Below the pieces are notes generated by a model that worked only from the letters and a program-made list of their open reading frames with translations, had not been told where the DNA came from and did no database searches. The position numbers were made by a program, and so were the translations under genes. Shown here one piece after another: positions 61,545-64,000 of a DNA stretch of 64,000 nt (position 1 is the first letter of the stretch; every line of letters starts with the position of its first letter). This DNA comes from an uncultured Lentisphaerales bacterium (GTDB lineage: Bacteria; Verrucomicrobiota; Lentisphaeria; JABSQK01; UBA12247). The stretch lies in the NCBI GenBank assembly GCA_943788985.1, contig CALSSJ010000022.1, positions 11,020 to 75,019 on the forward strand, read 5' to 3'.

Positions 61545-61623
61545 TCGGTCGAGGCTTATCTTTCGTAGGGCGCGGCTTCCAGCGCGCACTTCTGCGAGGA
61601 AAGGCGGGCTAGACGCGATGGCA

Positions 61624-62427
61624 CTACGGCCAGCGCGCGTTGAAGGCCCGATGGCTGGCTTTGTCCTGATGAGGATCGTCTTCGCTGTCTAGATCCGCGG
61701 GCAGATAGCCGGAACAGATGCGGGTGACCGAAATGGTGGTCGACTCGGCGTTGATGTCGTAGTGGACGCGCCATGTGCGAAAGGCGATGACGTAGTGGGG
61801 CGGAGTGGGAGATTCGGTGATGCGCTTGCGGCGGCGATCCGTGGGATCTTCGCTGAGCTGCACATGCAAGAAGTGGCGAAGGTCATGGCTGGTGTGTTGG
61901 TGGATCCATTCGAGCTGTTGGTCGGCGAGTTCGCCGTAGGTCAGGGCGTAGCGCGGGGCGATGCAGGTGTCTACCCAGCCTGCGGCTGCGTCGGGAAAGG
62001 CGTCGGCATACGGGAGGTAGGGCTTGAGGTCGAGCACGGGGGTGCGATCAAGCAGGTCGTGCTCGGAAATCTGCAGCTGGAGGCCGTCTACGGACTGCAG
62101 GCGAACGCAGCTCATTCCGATGCGGTTGGGCCGATGGGGGGAGCGGGTGGCAAAGTAGCCGACCTTGGCCATCTCCTGTCGAGGTGGCTGGACAAAGGGC
62201 TGCCAGGAGGCGTTCAGATGGAATTCATACACGACCCAGATGCGCTCAAACCCGTCCAGTCCAGTGAGTGCGTCGCGGACACCGGGGCCGTCAAAGAGCT
62301 CTATGGTGGCGGTGTTGCCAGCGGCTAGGATGGCCTGGCGGGGGGCTTCGTAGCGATACTGCGCGTTGCAACGAACCAGGCCGATCGCCGCCATCGGGCG
62401 AATCGTCCGGTCGGTGTCGTCTCTCAT
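61624..62427 (-). CDS. tsaA: tRNA (N6-threonylcarbamoyladenosine(37)-N6)-methyltransferase TrmO
   Basis: APRQ, FATRSPHRPNRIGMS, DLLDRTPVLDLKPY. Confidence 0.93.
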   Translation of the reverse strand: MRDDTDRTIRPMAAIGLVRCNAQYRYEAPRQAILAAGNTATIELFDGPGVRDALTGLDGFERIWVVYEFHLNASWQPFVQPPRQEMAKVGYFATRSPHRPNRIGMSCVRLQSVDGLQLQISEHDLLDRTPVLDLKPYLPYADAFPDAAAGWVDTCIAPRYALTYGELADQQLEWIHQHTSHDLRHFLHVQLSEDPTDRRRKRITESPTPPHYVIAFRTWRVHYDINAESTTISVTRICSGYLPADLDSEDDPHQDKASHRAFNARWP

Positions 62428-63005
62428 TGCAGAAGCAGGCGAAGGTCGTGGGCCACGTCCTCGGGTTTTGCGCCGAAGCCATGATGGACGCGATAGGCAC
62501 CGGTGCTGTCGAGCAGGAAGATGGACCCGGAGTGATTGTACTCGTAGCTCTCACCGTTTTGATCGACTTTCTCTACGCCGACGCCGAGTTGCTTCAGCAG
62601 TGCATCTCCTTCGGGCCCATAGCGCAAGCCGAGGATTTTGTTGGAGATCTGGTTCAGGCGGTCTGCGAGGGCTTCTGGCGTGTCGCGCTCCGGGTCAATG
62701 GTGATGAAGCCAAAGCGAACGCGCTCGACGTTCTCTCCGAGTTGGGCGTCGGTTCCGGTAAATGTGGCGAGCACAGATGGGCACATGGTGCTGCAGGTGG
62801 CATAGCCAAAGGCGAGCATGGTGGCTTTGCCTGGGGCCGCAATCGGGAAAGGATTGCCCGCATGATCGGTGAAGGATTGCGCAGGGAGCGGGTCCGGCGG
62901 GTCGATCGCGGTGCCCTTGAAGGTAGCCTGGCGAGGCGGCGTACAGCTGGCGAGGGCGAAGATCGCAGCCACGGCGAGGAGGCTGTTCAGCGCATTAGCT
63001 GTCAT
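62424..63005 (-). CDS. SCO1/SenC family copper chaperone lipoprotein
   Basis: LASC lipobox, FGYATCSTMCP, TIDPERDT, YNHS. Confidence 0.92.
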   Translation of the reverse strand: MTANALNSLLAVAAIFALASCTPPRQATFKGTAIDPPDPLPAQSFTDHAGNPFPIAAPGKATMLAFGYATCSTMCPSVLATFTGTDAQLGENVERVRFGFITIDPERDTPEALADRLNQISNKILGLRYGPEGDALLKQLGVGVEKVDQNGESYEYNHSGSIFLLDSTGAYRVHHGFGAKPEDVAHDLRLLLQ

Positions 63006-63966
63006 CGTTCTCTTGCCGTTGAATGTGGGCACGAAGCAGGCGCGATTCGGCCTGCGCCTTATAAATCTCCCGGCGCAAAGAGCCCATCTGCAGGGCGATG
63101 AAGCCAAAGGACAGGATCTGGATGCCGGAAACTGTTAGCAGCACGATGAGCGTCATCAACGGGCGGCCAGCTTCGAGCGTCGCGAAGAACTTGAGATAGG
63201 TGGCGTAGGCACCGCCCAGCATGCCCGCGAGTAGCAGCCCAAAACCGAGGGTGCCAAAGACGAGAATGGGGCGCTCGGTGAAGGAGTAGAGTAGGTGCGA
63301 GATGGCGGTACCCTTGAAGCGAAACTTGGATTTGCCCATCTTACGGGCGCGCAGGGTGCTGGGCACTTCCTTGAGGCGAAAGCCGGAACCGAGTGCACGG
63401 GAGAGGATCTCAAGGTGCAGCTCTTTGCCGTCGGATTCAAGGCACATGGCATCCAATACTTCGCGGCGATAGGCGCGGAAGACACAGGTGAAGGTGTGGA
63501 TTTCACTGTTGACCGTAGCTTGGAGCACGCGGTTGCCAAGCTTGCTGATGAATAGGCGGAACGGGTCCACGCCCTCTGTATTTCCACCGGGCATGTAGGG
63601 CGAGCCAAGGACGAAATCTACTTGGGGGTCTTCGTAGAGGGCGTCAAGCAGGTCCAGGATATACTCAGCCCGATAGCTAAGATCGGCGTCGGTCGAGACG
63701 ACAAACTTACCGCTGGCAGCTGCGAATCCCGTGCGCAGCGCGCGTCCGCGGCCCACATTGTTGGGATAGCCAGCCGGTGTAATGCGTGAGTCCTCTTTGG
63801 CGATCTGCTGCAACACTTCCCAAGTGTCATCGGTGCTGCCATCGTTGACAACGACTAGCTCCCAGCGCTCGCTACGGTCTTTGAAGGCTTCCTCGATCTT
63901 CTCGATCGTGTTGCGAATGTTCTCGGATTCGTTGTAGGCTGGGACAATGATGCTGACATCGATCAT
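62995..63966 (-). CDS. GT2 polyprenyl-phosphate glycosyltransferase (ArnC/DPM1-like)
   Basis: SIIVPAYNE, NDGSTD, GRGRAL, DADL, two C-terminal TM helices. Confidence 0.9.
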   Translation of the reverse strand: MIDVSIIVPAYNESENIRNTIEKIEEAFKDRSERWELVVVNDGSTDDTWEVLQQIAKEDSRITPAGYPNNVGRGRALRTGFAAASGKFVVSTDADLSYRAEYILDLLDALYEDPQVDFVLGSPYMPGGNTEGVDPFRLFISKLGNRVLQATVNSEIHTFTCVFRAYRREVLDAMCLESDGKELHLEILSRALGSGFRLKEVPSTLRARKMGKSKFRFKGTAISHLLYSFTERPILVFGTLGFGLLLAGMLGGAYATYLKFFATLEAGRPLMTLIVLLTVSGIQILSFGFIALQMGSLRREIYKAQAESRLLRAHIQRQENDDS

Positions 63967-64000
63967 GATCGGAATTACTCCGCGGGAGCTGCGGGCTTGT

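Noticed and set aside
18-63851. Many overlapping 60-290 aa alternative-frame and antisense ORFs in the track
   Set aside because: They are shadows of well-supported genes in GC-rich DNA, with Arg/Pro/Ala-rich composition and no motifs.
1-64000. CRISPR array or cas genes
   Set aside because: No regularly spaced 25-45 bp repeats or cas-like ORFs were seen. The 13-mer is dispersed and intragenic.

Overview
This is a GC-rich (roughly 60% by eye), densely coding bacterial chromosomal window. A PVC-superphylum host, probably Lentisphaeria-like, is inferred from a prepilin H-X9-DG protein, dapL, Hanks-type kinases and an FHA protein. Most genes are housekeeping or metabolic: ggt, uxuB-like SDR, PIN-PhoH, PMI, gdhA, a Fe3+ ABC transporter, zwf, rubredoxin, ruvAB, gltA, uxaC, an SNF2 helicase, tRNA-Gln(TTG), an rdgB-hemL fusion, hemE, dapL, a PpiD/SurA-like foldase, moeA, rnd, trmO, SCO and several glycosyltransferases. 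There is a decayed patch at 27-31 kb and an indel-riddled SPFH/kinase cluster at 19.4-22.4 kb. The standout signal is not a gene. A 13-15 bp palindrome, (Y)TGCGRASTYCGCA(R), occurs 18 times exactly (20 with a free centre base), plus about 17 one-mismatch copies found by eye. All copies sit inside unrelated coding sequences and use all three reading frames. This resembles matS, Noc/SlmA, HIP1 or uptake-sequence-type DNA codes but matches none I know. Other oddities: an RdgB-HemL fusion, a protein with two tandem GrpE-like modules, a cNMP-HATPase lacking HisKA, two glycoside hydrolase-like proteins with eroded catalytic motifs, two small genes missed by the ORF track, and a perfect 18-bp operator-like palindrome. 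All counts are manual and need computational confirmation.
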